From: Nitrospirota bacterium
GTDB lineage: Bacteria > Nitrospirota > Nitrospiria > JACQBZ01
Direction of reading: 5' to 3'
Assembly: GCA_016194285.1 (NCBI GenBank)
Contig: JACQBZ010000035.1
Location: forward strand, 385-64,384
DNA: 64,000 nt
The notes under the pieces were generated by a model. The model did not search any database and was not told the origin of the DNA. It saw only the letters and a list, made by a program, of their open reading frames with translations. Below are positions 26,154-36,232 of this stretch, in pieces (the stretch's first letter is position 1; every line of letters starts with the position of its first letter). The position numbers were made by a program, and so were the translations under genes.

Positions 26154-28835
26154 TTACGGCCGCACGCCGCCGCCGAGGAACGCCAGAGCGTCTGTTTTCT
26201 GCTGGCTGGTCAGAGACAGCCCGTTGATGGTGGCTGTAATGTTCCCATCGAGTGTACCGTTATCCAGGAAGTCTATTGAATCAAAAATCAACCGCCTCGT
26301 ATACAGACTGTTGTGAACAAAGGCCATCGGCATATGCTCGAGCATGTTCATATTGAAAGCGGCGCCAAGAGTGTCTTTGTTCGGCCAGGTTGTATATGCC
26401 GTAGTGGTACAACCGGTGACGTCGTAGACATTAAAGTATGGATAGGCACTCGTCCAGCAGATCCCCTTTGTATTCAAGGTCCCCTGAAAGGCCGCCAGCG
26501 CGGCGTTGTACTGCGTCTCAAGGTTGTTCAGGACCGTCGGCGTCATGGCCGGCGCTTCCAGCGATGCGCCGTGACAGGTGTTACAGACGGCACTCGCTGT
26601 AATCGCGGTGATCTTGTCCGTCGTCGCGTCCCTTGTCGTGGGAAGAAAAAGGTGGCTTTCCGAGGTCTTCATGTGGCATCCGACACAGGGCCCGTTCGTA
26701 CCCGTGCCCGCCGCGGTCACGCTCCCGATGGTGTCATGGGCAAAATTCGTCGGGTTTGAATAACTGAGCGAGGAATACTCATAGCCGATGGTCCTGAAGA
26801 GAACGCCCCCCGCGGCCAGATAATGGGAATTGAATGTTCCAAAATTCTTGCCGCTGATGGCTACCGGATAGCTCTTTATGTACTCACCCGTTTCCCGACC
26901 GGAATGGCAGGATACACAGACAAACGAACCGGATATGCCGGTGATCCCGCGTCCGGCGGGCACGATGTACGGAGTGATCTGATAATTGACATCTGAGGCA
27001 GTCGTGCCTGCGTACGGCTGAGTCAGTGTTATTTGTGTCGTTGAGTTGATTGCTGAAACGATATAGGTATCGGGATCACCCGACACCTGGAAGAGACTTC
27101 CGACCGGGGTATTGCCGCTTGTCCATGTTGTGCCGCTCCCGGTCACGGTTGCGGAACCATTTGTTACGCTTGCCGCACCTGCGACATAGTTCGGCGCAAC
27201 AAATTGCTTCGGGTTTCTCAGATCGCCTACTGAGGAAGTATGGCACGCCCAGCAGTAAAGCATCTCTGCTTGTTGTCCAGCGGCCCCAAAGACATTATTG
27301 GTAGCGTTGTATGTTATCGGCGCGTTGGCAAAGTTCCTGAACCCGGTTGAGGTATGGCACCTCTGGCAGGCATCTCTTGATGGGTGCGACTTAAAATCAT
27401 AGTGGACCCACCCCGCAGCGTCCGCGTCGGTGACCGCTGCTGTGTAACCGTTTGCGGCCTGTTCTTTGATATCCAGGATAAAACCGCCGTGCGCCGACCG
27501 GGCCCACTGCTTGTTAATGGTAATGTCTGCAGCATGCGCATTGTGGCAATCTCGGCAAGTGCCGGAATTCATATTGGTATGCGTTGCCGAGGTAGGGAGG
27601 GGATCGTGCGAGCTCGTAGGATCGACAACATACCCCTCAATTCCGCCGGTACCCGGTATCGCAGCACCTTGCGCGTCTCTCAACGGCGTCGCGGGATTGT
27701 CAAAGTGCGTGTCCCCGATGATCTCGTCGAAATTTGAATCTTTATTGACTATATTCCCGATCTTGTCGATCGGGGCATGGTAACCGTTATCGAGCAACGT
27801 ATAGTTGCCATATATCGGATCCGCGTTGCTCGATAACAATTGGTGACAGGACGTGCACGTTGAAAACTCATCCGACCACTGAATTGGGACGATACCGGCA
27901 TCGAGCGCTTTCTGGCCGAGAATGATAAGCGGGTTGTGACCGTCATGACAGGTGCGGCATTGGTTCGCGGAAGCATTCTGAATGGTCGGGATGCTGCTGT
28001 TGAGAGCCGACTCCAGTTCGTCATGCGTCATCGTTCCCGGGGCTATGGACAGATAGCGCCGCGCGCCTTCATCGGTATGGCACCGGGAACAGAGCGCGAT
28101 CACGTCCGTGTTGCTTCCGGAGAACTCTAAAACCGTCGAATTGACCGAGCCGGCATGCTTTGAAGCGTCGTAGTCCTCAACAATATTACTCCCTTCAGGA
28201 TGGAACGGGAGATGGCCGTCCGGGAAATCCTTGTTGTGGCACTGGCCACACCGGCTCGGATCGGGGTTCGGATAAGGCAGGGGCCCGATGCCCCAGTGGT
28301 TGCCGCCGTTGCCGTGACAACTCTCGCAGCCGATGATCGGGCGGTCAACCGAGCCCAGCATACCAATCCCGGTCTTATAGAAGAACTCGGCCATTTTCTT
28401 CCCATCTCCCAGCGGATCATGGCAAGCGGTCGTGCAGCTGGGATCCGTGCCGAGCCCCTCATATCCGTAATAGGGGAACCCGGTATTGGCCGGGGCGTTG
28501 TCGAATTTCTGGAACGTCGTCCCGTTCCATGATTCGTAGTTGCCATGGGACCCGTTCAGCCATCCATTCCATTTGGTTCTCCAATCAGGCCCAACACTCG
28601 GAACATTTCCATCATCCCCCCCACTCCCTGCCGCAGTATCGCCGAAGGCCACCGGGAACGACGCCGGGTTGTTCGCATCCGCGTGGCAGTTGTAACAGGC
28701 ATCAAATCCGACCGCGCTGACCCCCACCGCCGCCTCGGGTGCATGCTCCCTCGTGCTGCTCCGACAACCCCCCATGAGAAGCAACGCCATGGCCACCCCA
28801 ACCGATCCGATCATGAATTTTGATACGCCGGCCAT
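26154..28835 (-). CDS. Large multihaem cytochrome lipoprotein (12 CxxCH + 1 CxxxCH), OmcB-like position
   Basis: Start at MAGVSKFMIGSVGVAMALLLMGGC (lipobox; AGGAGGG upstream). 893 aa. Haem motifs counted by hand. Haem-free Thr/Ser/Gly-rich insert at aa ~532-639. Confidence 0.8.
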   Translation of the reverse strand: MAGVSKFMIGSVGVAMALLLMGGCRSSTREHAPEAAVGVSAVGFDACYNCHADANNPASFPVAFGDTAAGSGGDDGNVPSVGPDWRTKWNGWLNGSHGNYESWNGTTFQKFDNAPANTGFPYYGYEGLGTDPSCTTACHDPLGDGKKMAEFFYKTGIGMLGSVDRPIIGCESCHGNGGNHWGIGPLPYPNPDPSRCGQCHNKDFPDGHLPFHPEGSNIVEDYDASKHAGSVNSTVLEFSGSNTDVIALCSRCHTDEGARRYLSIAPGTMTHDELESALNSSIPTIQNASANQCRTCHDGHNPLIILGQKALDAGIVPIQWSDEFSTCTSCHQLLSSNADPIYGNYTLLDNGYHAPIDKIGNIVNKDSNFDEIIGDTHFDNPATPLRDAQGAAIPGTGGIEGYVVDPTSSHDPLPTSATHTNMNSGTCRDCHNAHAADITINKQWARSAHGGFILDIKEQAANGYTAAVTDADAAGWVHYDFKSHPSRDACQRCHTSTGFRNFANAPITYNATNNVFGAAGQQAEMLYCWACHTSSVGDLRNPKQFVAPNYVAGAASVTNGSATVTGSGTTWTSGNTPVGSLFQVSGDPDTYIVSAINSTTQITLTQPYAGTTASDVNYQITPYIVPAGRGITGISGSFVCVSCHSGRETGEYIKSYPVAISGKNFGTFNSHYLAAGGVLFRTIGYEYSSLSYSNPTNFAHDTIGSVTAAGTGTNGPCVGCHMKTSESHLFLPTTRDATTDKITAITASAVCNTCHGASLEAPAMTPTVLNNLETQYNAALAAFQGTLNTKGICWTSAYPYFNVYDVTGCTTTAYTTWPNKDTLGAAFNMNMLEHMPMAFVHNSLYTRRLIFDSIDFLDNGTLDGNITATINGLSLTSQQKTDALAFLGGGVRP

Positions 28836-28852
28836 TTGACCGCCCTCCTGCG

Positions 28853-29614
28853 CTAAGAATGACACTTGACGCATGACTTGTTTTTGCCGTACTGTTTCAG
28901 CCGATCCGCGATCCGTCCCCAATTCTTCGGGTGGGGATTTATCTTCAAACCGCTGACCGCGCTGTGGCATTTCAGGCAAGTCTCCCCATCCGCATGACAG
29001 GATTGACAGGATGAAAGGTTCCTCCGGGCCTCCTTGGCATGGGAATCTGTCCAGTTATGCGTGGGGAGAACGCTGCCGGGATGACAGGTCTGGCACTGCG
29101 CGGGCGTGAACGTGGAATGTTGCGGCCCTCCGGCGCTGACCTCGATATCCGAAAATCCCCTCCGGTGAGATAAGAACCTCAGGTCGTTCGGATTGAACTT
29201 TTCATGGCAATCCACGCAGAATCGCTTCTGGTCGTGGCACCGGTAACACGAGTTCGGGTCATCAAAGGCCTTGATCGGGTGGATCTCTCTGAAATCCGTT
29301 CGATGCGACTTCGGCATATAGTCCACGCCCGACGTGGAGGCGTGCAGGTCACGGTCGATTCCGCCGCCCGTGTGGCAGTCCAGACAGAACGACTGTTGAT
29401 GGCAGGCCTTGCAGTTGCTGGGTTCCTTTTCGGCGTACAATCGGTGCTCTTTCACCCAGATCGAGCCGTGGTTCGGTGCGATCCCGTTGGATTGATGACA
29501 CCCGTTGCAGTCCGGGATGCTCATCTTTGCATAATCCTCATGGGGGGTCGCGGCCCAGGTTCGGGCTCCGAGACCCAGCATGAAAATCGCAAGCAGGATC
29601 GTCTTTCTGAACAT
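28853..29614 (-). CDS. Periplasmic 9-haem c-type cytochrome, OmaB-like position
   Basis: Start MFRKTILLAIFMLGLGARTWA (GAGGAG upstream). 9 CxxCH motifs counted. Confidence 0.8.
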   Translation of the reverse strand: MFRKTILLAIFMLGLGARTWAATPHEDYAKMSIPDCNGCHQSNGIAPNHGSIWVKEHRLYAEKEPSNCKACHQQSFCLDCHTGGGIDRDLHASTSGVDYMPKSHRTDFREIHPIKAFDDPNSCYRCHDQKRFCVDCHEKFNPNDLRFLSHRRGFSDIEVSAGGPQHSTFTPAQCQTCHPGSVLPTHNWTDSHAKEARRNLSSCQSCHADGETCLKCHSAVSGLKINPHPKNWGRIADRLKQYGKNKSCVKCHS

Positions 29615-29628
29615 GTTTGGCTCCTCTT

Positions 29629-30897
29629 TCAGAATGCCCAATCCAACGTGATCCTTCCTAAAGGCCGATGGACAAAATTTTCATTGATGTTATCCTCCAA
29701 CCGGGCCGAAAACGAAACGTCCGTTCGGAGACTCCACCGGCCGCCCACCCAATACCGCGTGGCATAATTCTCGCTGAAATCATCCGGCCGTTTGTACGTG
29801 TCGTACTGCGCGCCCGCAGACAAGCTGAGGCGCTCTCCGACCTTGTAATCGCCGTCGATCTCAAAGCCCCAATCATGCCCCGCGTAACCGGTCCGGCGAT
29901 CGACGGAAACTTTGAGGGTCAGATGCTCGAGGGGATAGACGTTGACGCCGGCCGTGTAGATATTCGCGTGCTCCGTGTCCCCGTAGAGTTGCCGGGTATA
30001 AGAAGCCGTCAAGCCCAGCGGCGCGCTGAGACTGTAATCGGCCTGGACGAGATATTCACGGTAGGAGTCCACCGCGAAGACGCTGTAAATCGAGGTGGAA
30101 TCAAACGTCGGGTAGGAATGGTAAAACTCTCCCTTGAGCATCAGGTCATTCACCGGGTAAAGATCCAATCCCACGAGGGCCTCGGAAACATCCGCCGAGG
30201 CCCGATCGTATCGGACCTCTCCGTACGGACTGAAATAATTCCAGGACCTTCGAAAGTTCAGTCCGAACTCCTCCCGGGCGATATTCCAATCGTCGTACCG
30301 CCGGACATAGCTGATCCCGAGCTGGGTGGCTCGGACATTCTCCAAACGAATGTTCAGTCCGATAAAATGATTCCCGAGCTTGGAATCCGTGCCGTCCAAT
30401 GAAAACAGAACATCCGCGCCTTCCGCAAAGGTGACGCCGATCGGGCCCAGACCGCTCGCATCCAGCCGGATACCATCCAGCACCGCCGAGCCGGCGGTGA
30501 AATTCACAAACTGCCGGCCCAGCCTCAGCGATGTATTATCAAACGGAGAATAATTCATGTAGAGATAGTAAAGCCTTCCCAAAGGACCGGTTTCCCGGAT
30601 TTCGCTCTCGGTGTAATCCCTCCAGGCCCGTCCGTAACCCGTGATCGAGAATGTCGCGCTTTGAGGCTTGTAATTAAATCTCAAGTACTGCGCGATGATG
30701 CCCTGACCCTCGCCCATCAGGTCATCGCCCCATAAAAACTGCGTCGAAGATTTGACATCCAGGATCTTGTCTTGCGGCGGCTTGTCCTGTGCACGGGCGA
30801 AGGACGAAAGGAAAAGTATCCCGGCAAGACCGATCCAAATCCATCGTCGGTAAGAAAACCGCTCAACGGATGAAGCACCGAATTTTACAGGTCGCAT
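29629..30897 (-). CDS. Outer-membrane beta-barrel (porin) of a porin-cytochrome set, OmbB-like position
   Basis: Start MRPVKFG..WIWIGLAGILFLSSFARAQ signal peptide. 422 aa with alternating strand pattern, ends ITLDWAF. Followed 14 nt later by the multihaem genes. Confidence 0.7.
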   Translation of the reverse strand: MRPVKFGASSVERFSYRRWIWIGLAGILFLSSFARAQDKPPQDKILDVKSSTQFLWGDDLMGEGQGIIAQYLRFNYKPQSATFSITGYGRAWRDYTESEIRETGPLGRLYYLYMNYSPFDNTSLRLGRQFVNFTAGSAVLDGIRLDASGLGPIGVTFAEGADVLFSLDGTDSKLGNHFIGLNIRLENVRATQLGISYVRRYDDWNIAREEFGLNFRRSWNYFSPYGEVRYDRASADVSEALVGLDLYPVNDLMLKGEFYHSYPTFDSTSIYSVFAVDSYREYLVQADYSLSAPLGLTASYTRQLYGDTEHANIYTAGVNVYPLEHLTLKVSVDRRTGYAGHDWGFEIDGDYKVGERLSLSAGAQYDTYKRPDDFSENYATRYWVGGRWSLRTDVSFSARLEDNINENFVHRPLGRITLDWAF

Positions 30898-31042
30898 GAT
30901 CCGCTCTCTTGAGGTGTAGCCGGCGGCCGCCCGTTGGCTCGGTTTACACGATGATGAAACCGAACAGCGAGCGCAATCCCCGGCGGGCTGGCAGGCTTGG
31001 CTGGGAGGCTGGGGCTCTTCAAACGACGGATTCGCTCTTCGC

Positions 31043-32110
31043 TCAGCAAATCCTCGGCAACTGTTCACCCGACAGCATGTCGACGACGCGTCGGCCGCCG
31101 ATCCGGCTCTTCATGACGACGGTGCCGGCGTGATCATCGACGACCTCTCCAATCACGGCGGCCTCCTTTCCGAGCGGATGCCGCCGCATCGCGTCCAACA
31201 CGCGGTCGGCCGCGTCGGGGTCGACAAACGCGATCAGCTTCCCCTCATTCGCGACGTAAAGCGGATCGAGCCCCAGAATTTCACAGGCGCCTTTCACCTC
31301 TTCACCGACCAAAATCCGGTCTTCCGATATCGAAATTCCGACCCGGGCCGTCTCGGCGATCTCATTGAGCGCGGTGGCCAGACCCCCGCGGGTGGGATCG
31401 CGAAGCACATGGATCTCACGGCTCGCCTGAAACATCGTCATCACCAGATCATGGAGCGCGGCCGTGTCGCTTTCGATCCGGGTCTCGAACTCCAGTCCTT
31501 CCCGGACGGACATGATCGCGATCCCGTGCAGCGCGATCGGCCCGTTGAGGATAATTTTGTCACCAACCTTTGCACGTTTTGGATGAATCTCGACGCCGGG
31601 CTCGATCATCCCCACGCCCGAGGTATTGATGAAGATCTTGTCGCCTTTGCCCCGGTCTACGACCTTGGTATCGCCCGTCACCAGCGCAACGTCGGCCTTC
31701 CGGGCCGCCGCCTGCATGGAGAGGACGACCCGCCACAAATCCTCCATCGGAAATCCCTCTTCAATGATGAACGCGGCCGAGAGATAGAGCGGCCGGGCCC
31801 CGCACATCGCGAGATCATTCACCGTGCCGTTGACCGCCAGCTCGCCGATATCCCCCCCGGGGAAGACGATCGGGTTCACGACGTACGAATCCGTGGTGAA
31901 CGCCATCCGACCGCCGTTGAACGGAACGACGGCGCCGTCGTGCAGCGGTTCAAGAAACGCGTTCTGAAACGACGGGAGAAACATCTTCCGGATCATCTGC
32001 TGCGTGAGCCTCCCCCCGCCGCCGTGAGCGAGAAGTACGCTCTTGTACTCGGTGATGGGAATGGGACACGATAACCCGGCCGTTCGATCTGCGATGGTTT
32101 TATTGTCCAT
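31043..32110 (-). CDS. hypE: Hydrogenase maturation protein HypE
   Basis: AIR-synthase-like PurM fold motifs and the diagnostic C-terminal ...EQLPRIC. Confidence 0.92.
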   Translation of the reverse strand: MDNKTIADRTAGLSCPIPITEYKSVLLAHGGGGRLTQQMIRKMFLPSFQNAFLEPLHDGAVVPFNGGRMAFTTDSYVVNPIVFPGGDIGELAVNGTVNDLAMCGARPLYLSAAFIIEEGFPMEDLWRVVLSMQAAARKADVALVTGDTKVVDRGKGDKIFINTSGVGMIEPGVEIHPKRAKVGDKIILNGPIALHGIAIMSVREGLEFETRIESDTAALHDLVMTMFQASREIHVLRDPTRGGLATALNEIAETARVGISISEDRILVGEEVKGACEILGLDPLYVANEGKLIAFVDPDAADRVLDAMRRHPLGKEAAVIGEVVDDHAGTVVMKSRIGGRRVVDMLSGEQLPRIC

Positions 32111-32131
32111 ACTCGCTCCGTTTCTTTAATC

Positions 32132-33235
32132 TCAAATTTGAGATTTCATTTGCATTCTCCCGAAATGATAATAAGCCGCACAGGCCCCTTCGGAGGAGAC
32201 CATCGGAGCGCCGAGCGGAAACTCGGGGGTGCATTGCGCGCCGAACGCGGGACAGTCGTGAGGCTTCTTCAGTCCTTGGAGCACAAGCCCCGCGATGCAG
32301 AGGGGAGATTCCCGGGCCTCGATCCCGGTCACATCGAAACGCGTTTCGGCGTCATACGCGGAATAGTCCCGGTTCAATCGGTACCCGCTCATCGGAATCT
32401 CGCCGATGCCGCGCCACGCGCGGTCGGTCGGCTCGAACACCTCCGACAAGAGTTGTCGGGCCAAGACATTTCCCTCGCGTCGAACGGACCGCGCATACTG
32501 GTTCTGGACCTCGGCGCGACCTGCCTCAAGCTGTTGGACCGTCATGGCGATGCCCTGCAGAATGTCCACCGGCTCGAACCCGGTCACGACGATCGGAACA
32601 CGATACCGAGCCGCGATCGGAACGTATTCCTCGTATCCCATCACCGTGCAGACATGCCCGGCCGCGAGAAATCCCTGCACCCGATGGTCCTCCGACGAGA
32701 GAAGCGCCTCCATCGCGGGCGGCACCAGAACGTGCGAGCAAAGGATCGAAAAGTTTATCAGGCCCAGCCGCTTCGCCTGCCAGACCGCCATCGCATTGGC
32801 CGGGGCGGTCGTCTCAAACCCGACGGCGAAGAAGACGACCTCCTTATCGGGGTTCTGTTTTGCGATCTTTAGCGCGTCGAGCGGCGAATAGACCATCCGC
32901 ACGGCGCCCCCCTCCGCTTTCACCGTGAGCAGATCTTTGCTCGAACCGGGCACGCGAAGCATGTCGCCGAACGAGGTGAGAATGACATCCGGGCGGGATG
33001 CGATGGCGATGGCCTTGTCGATCATCTCCAGCGGCGTGACGCAGACGGGACAGCCGGGGCCGTGCACCAGGGTGATTTCCTCCGGCAGCAGCGACTCGAT
33101 TCCGTATTTGACGATCGTATGGGTCTGTCCGCCGCAGATCTCCATGATCGTCCACGGACGCGTGACGATCGCGCGTATACGCTCGGAATATTTCCGGGCG
33201 GTCGCTTCGTTCCGATATTCATCAACGAATCGCAT
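32132..33235 (-). CDS. hypD: Hydrogenase maturation protein HypD
   Basis: [10 protein letters not shown]..., [14 protein letters not shown] and FETTAP motifs. Confidence 0.92.
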   Translation of the reverse strand: MRFVDEYRNEATARKYSERIRAIVTRPWTIMEICGGQTHTIVKYGIESLLPEEITLVHGPGCPVCVTPLEMIDKAIAIASRPDVILTSFGDMLRVPGSSKDLLTVKAEGGAVRMVYSPLDALKIAKQNPDKEVVFFAVGFETTAPANAMAVWQAKRLGLINFSILCSHVLVPPAMEALLSSEDHRVQGFLAAGHVCTVMGYEEYVPIAARYRVPIVVTGFEPVDILQGIAMTVQQLEAGRAEVQNQYARSVRREGNVLARQLLSEVFEPTDRAWRGIGEIPMSGYRLNRDYSAYDAETRFDVTGIEARESPLCIAGLVLQGLKKPHDCPAFGAQCTPEFPLGAPMVSSEGACAAYYHFGRMQMKSQI

Positions 33236-33530
33236 CGGCCTCTCCCCCGGGCGGTCGCGGAGCACCCCGGTGATCCTCGGGCTCCGGGATCTTCAGCTCC
33301 TCCAGAGCGCCGTCGATCTCCCGGAACAGTTCGAGCGTCTTCAAGGCTTCCTCCTCATCCATCTTGCTGATCGCAAAACCCACATGGACGATCACATAAT
33401 CGCCGAGCTTGACGTCCGGAATCCATTCCAGACAGACCCGCTTTTCGATCCCTCCAAAACTGGCCCGCCCCATTCGGGGCTGGACCGAATCCTCGATCTC
33501 CAACACTTTACCGGGAATGGCTAAACACAT
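33222..33530 (-). CDS. hypC: Hydrogenase maturation protein HypC
   Basis: N-terminal [12 protein letters not shown], the HypC/HupF signature with Cys2. Confidence 0.88.
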   Translation of the reverse strand: MCLAIPGKVLEIEDSVQPRMGRASFGGIEKRVCLEWIPDVKLGDYVIVHVGFAISKMDEEEALKTLELFREIDGALEELKIPEPEDHRGAPRPPGGEADAIR

Positions 33531-33536
33531 GGGTAT

Positions 33537-35882
33537 CTACTCCGTTTCAACCGCGACGACAGGATTCCTCATCGCTTTGGCCTTCTGGAGCGCGACAAAG
33601 ACCTGCCCCAGGGCGATCCCTCCGTCGTTCGGCGGAACCCGCCGATGCCAGTAAGGACGGAAGCCCGCCGCATCGAGCCGATGAACAACCCGTTCGGTCA
33701 GATATTTGTTCTGGAAGCATCCGCCGGTCAGGACGACCCGTTCTTCGCCGATCCGTTCGGCAACAACGACAATGATCTCGGCGAGTGTGTTGTGGAATTT
33801 GGCCGAGAGAATGCCGACGGAAACTTCACGCGCCAGGCCGTCGAGAATCTCCATGATCATCGGTTCCCAATCCACGACCTGCAGGGGCGATTCATACGTC
33901 TCCCCTGCTTCATGAATCCGAAACGGATACGCCTCCTCCGTCCGCTCGTTTCCGATCGCGAACTCCAGCTCCATCGCCGCCTGGCCTTCAAAACTGACCC
34001 GCTGACGGAGCCCGACGATCGAGGCCACCGCATCAAACAACCGTCCGACGCTGGAGGTCAGAGGCGAATGGATCCCCCGGGTCAGCATCGTCCGGAGCAC
34101 GGCCCGTTCGGCGGGGGCGAAGACCCGGCTCAAAAGAGGATCGCCCGGCTCAAACAATCGGTCGCCGATGATTTCGAACCTCACCCCGGCGGCCGTCCGC
34201 CGGGGCTCGTGGATGGCCGCCGCGCCGCCGGGCAGCCGGAACCTCCGAAACGAGGCGACACGCCGAAAGGAGGCCGCGTCCGTCAGTAAAAATTCGCCGC
34301 CCCAAATCGTCCCGTCGGTGCCGTAGCCGGCGCCGTCCCATGAAACGCCGAGGACCGATCCGTCGAGTTCGTTCTCGGCCATGCAGGACGCCACGTGGGC
34401 CCAATGGTGTTGAACCGCCGTGACGGGATCACCCTGACCCTTGGCATACCGGGTGGATATATAATCCGGATGAAGATCGCAAACCATCCGCTCCGGCCGA
34501 ACAGGGTAGAGTGTTCGAAAGCCGGAGATCACGTTTTGAAAGGCCTCAAAGGCTTCCCGGGTTTCCAGATCGCCGATGTGTTGACTGATAAAAACGTTGT
34601 GGTCCGCCGTCAGGGCCACGGCGTTCTTCAGATGCCCGCCGACCGCCAAGAGAGGCGGGGCAGGCTCCTTGAGACGAACGGGAAGCGGCGCGTAACCGCG
34701 GGATCGCCGCAGGACCAGCTCGCGTCCCATCATGATCCGGACCACCGAGTCATCCACGTGTCGGACGATGGGACGGTCATGAACCAGAAAGAGATCCGCG
34801 ATGTTGCCCAGCCGATCGACGGCCTCCCGCTCGTCCGTGCAGATCGGCTCATCCGATAAATTTCCGCTGGTCGCCACGACCGGGAAATCCAGCTCCCTCA
34901 TCAACACATGATGCAGCGGCGTGTAGGGCAGCATCACCCCGAGATCGGGATTGCCGGGAGCGACCGAAGGGGCGATGTCGGCGCGAGGCGTAAGGCGTGA
35001 GGCGTGAGGGGCGGGGGAGCGACGGAGCAAAACGATGGGCGACTCCGGCGAGAGAAGCAGGCGCGCCTCCGTCTCGGAAACCTCGCAGCGGGTCCGGACC
35101 GATTCAAGGGACGGGAACATCAGCGCGAACGGCTTCTCTTCGCGATGCTTGCGTTCCCGCAATCGGACCACGGCTCCTTCATGACGGGCGTCCGCCATCA
35201 AATGGAATCCGCCGAGGCCTTTGATCGCGACGATCTTCCCGGCGCGGATCGCCGCCGCCGCCTCGACCAACGCCTCCGGATGTTTGGAGAGAAGACGGGC
35301 CGTCCCGTCCCACAGCTCCAGATGAGGACCGCAGACCGGGCAGGCGTTGGGCTGTGCGTGAAACCGCCGGTCGAGCGGGTCTTCATACTCGCCGCGGCAG
35401 GCGTCGCACATCTCGAATTTTTTCATCGTCGTGTTGGCGCGATCATACGGAACGGATTCGATAATCGTGAACCGCGGCCCGCAGTGGGTGCAGTTCGTGA
35501 AGGGATAGAGATATCGCCGATTCGTCGGATCAAACAGTTCGCCCAAACACTCCGGACAGGTGGCGATGTCCGGAAGCACGAGCGCGGTCGGGACCCCGGC
35601 CTTGTCGCTGGGTCGAATCTCAAACCCGGCGTATCCGACGGGATCCCGGAATGAGAATTCAAGGCTCTGGATGAAGGAGCGGGGCGGCCTTTCCTTTTTG
35701 ATGCGGAGAAGGAATGCATCCAGCCGGGACTTGCTCCCCTCCGCCTCGATCACAATCCCTCGGGAGGAATTCAGGACCCAACCCGACAAACCCAGCTCGG
35801 TGGCCAGCCGGTGGATGAATGGACGGAAGCCGACCCCCTGCACGGCTCCCCGGACGGCGATCTGTACACGTTGGGTCATCAT
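33537..35882 (-). CDS. hypF: Carbamoyltransferase HypF
   Basis: Acylphosphatase-like N-terminus (VRGAVQGVGFRPF), two CxxC...CxxC zinc fingers, YrdC-like and Kae1-like regions. 781 aa. Confidence 0.92.
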   Translation of the reverse strand: MMTQRVQIAVRGAVQGVGFRPFIHRLATELGLSGWVLNSSRGIVIEAEGSKSRLDAFLLRIKKERPPRSFIQSLEFSFRDPVGYAGFEIRPSDKAGVPTALVLPDIATCPECLGELFDPTNRRYLYPFTNCTHCGPRFTIIESVPYDRANTTMKKFEMCDACRGEYEDPLDRRFHAQPNACPVCGPHLELWDGTARLLSKHPEALVEAAAAIRAGKIVAIKGLGGFHLMADARHEGAVVRLRERKHREEKPFALMFPSLESVRTRCEVSETEARLLLSPESPIVLLRRSPAPHASRLTPRADIAPSVAPGNPDLGVMLPYTPLHHVLMRELDFPVVATSGNLSDEPICTDEREAVDRLGNIADLFLVHDRPIVRHVDDSVVRIMMGRELVLRRSRGYAPLPVRLKEPAPPLLAVGGHLKNAVALTADHNVFISQHIGDLETREAFEAFQNVISGFRTLYPVRPERMVCDLHPDYISTRYAKGQGDPVTAVQHHWAHVASCMAENELDGSVLGVSWDGAGYGTDGTIWGGEFLLTDAASFRRVASFRRFRLPGGAAAIHEPRRTAAGVRFEIIGDRLFEPGDPLLSRVFAPAERAVLRTMLTRGIHSPLTSSVGRLFDAVASIVGLRQRVSFEGQAAMELEFAIGNERTEEAYPFRIHEAGETYESPLQVVDWEPMIMEILDGLAREVSVGILSAKFHNTLAEIIVVVAERIGEERVVLTGGCFQNKYLTERVVHRLDAAGFRPYWHRRVPPNDGGIALGQVFVALQKAKAMRNPVVAVETE

Positions 35883-36232
35883 CCTGACGACTCGGAGAGT
35901 TCGACCTCGACCACATCCAGCTCGTTTCCGGAAATCAATTCGACGCCTGCATTTCCGCAGTTCGGACAGAGAACGACGTAACGGCCGGCCTCAAAGCCCG
36001 CACCGCACGCCGTGCACAGACAACGAACCGGGACCGTTTCGATCTTGAGCTTTGCCCCCTGAGCGGCTGTTCCTTCGGTGGCCATTTCAAAACAGAACGC
36101 AAGCGATTCGGGAACGATGCGGGTAAAATCGCCCAGCTTCAACGTCACGGATTTTACGCTTCTCACCTCCCCCGACGGAAGATGTTGTCGCACCGCTTCT
36201 ACGATACCCCGCGCGATCGAGAGCTCATGCAT
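35879..36232 (-). CDS. hypA: Hydrogenase nickel-insertion protein HypA
   Basis: MHELSIARGIVEAV start and CLCTACG...CPNCG zinc site. 117 aa. Confidence 0.9.
   Translation of the reverse strand: MHELSIARGIVEAVRQHLPSGEVRSVKSVTLKLGDFTRIVPESLAFCFEMATEGTAAQGAKLKIETVPVRCLCTACGAGFEAGRYVVLCPNCGNAGVELISGNELDVVEVELSESSG

Noticed and set aside
34986-35009. Three tandem 7-nt units (AGGCGTA AGGCGTG AGGCGTG) inside hypF as a possible slippage or phase-variation site
   Set aside because: Only three units (21 nt, in frame) are present, the reading frame is intact, and they encode a plausible linker (..PHASRLTPR..). This is too short to argue for phase variation.
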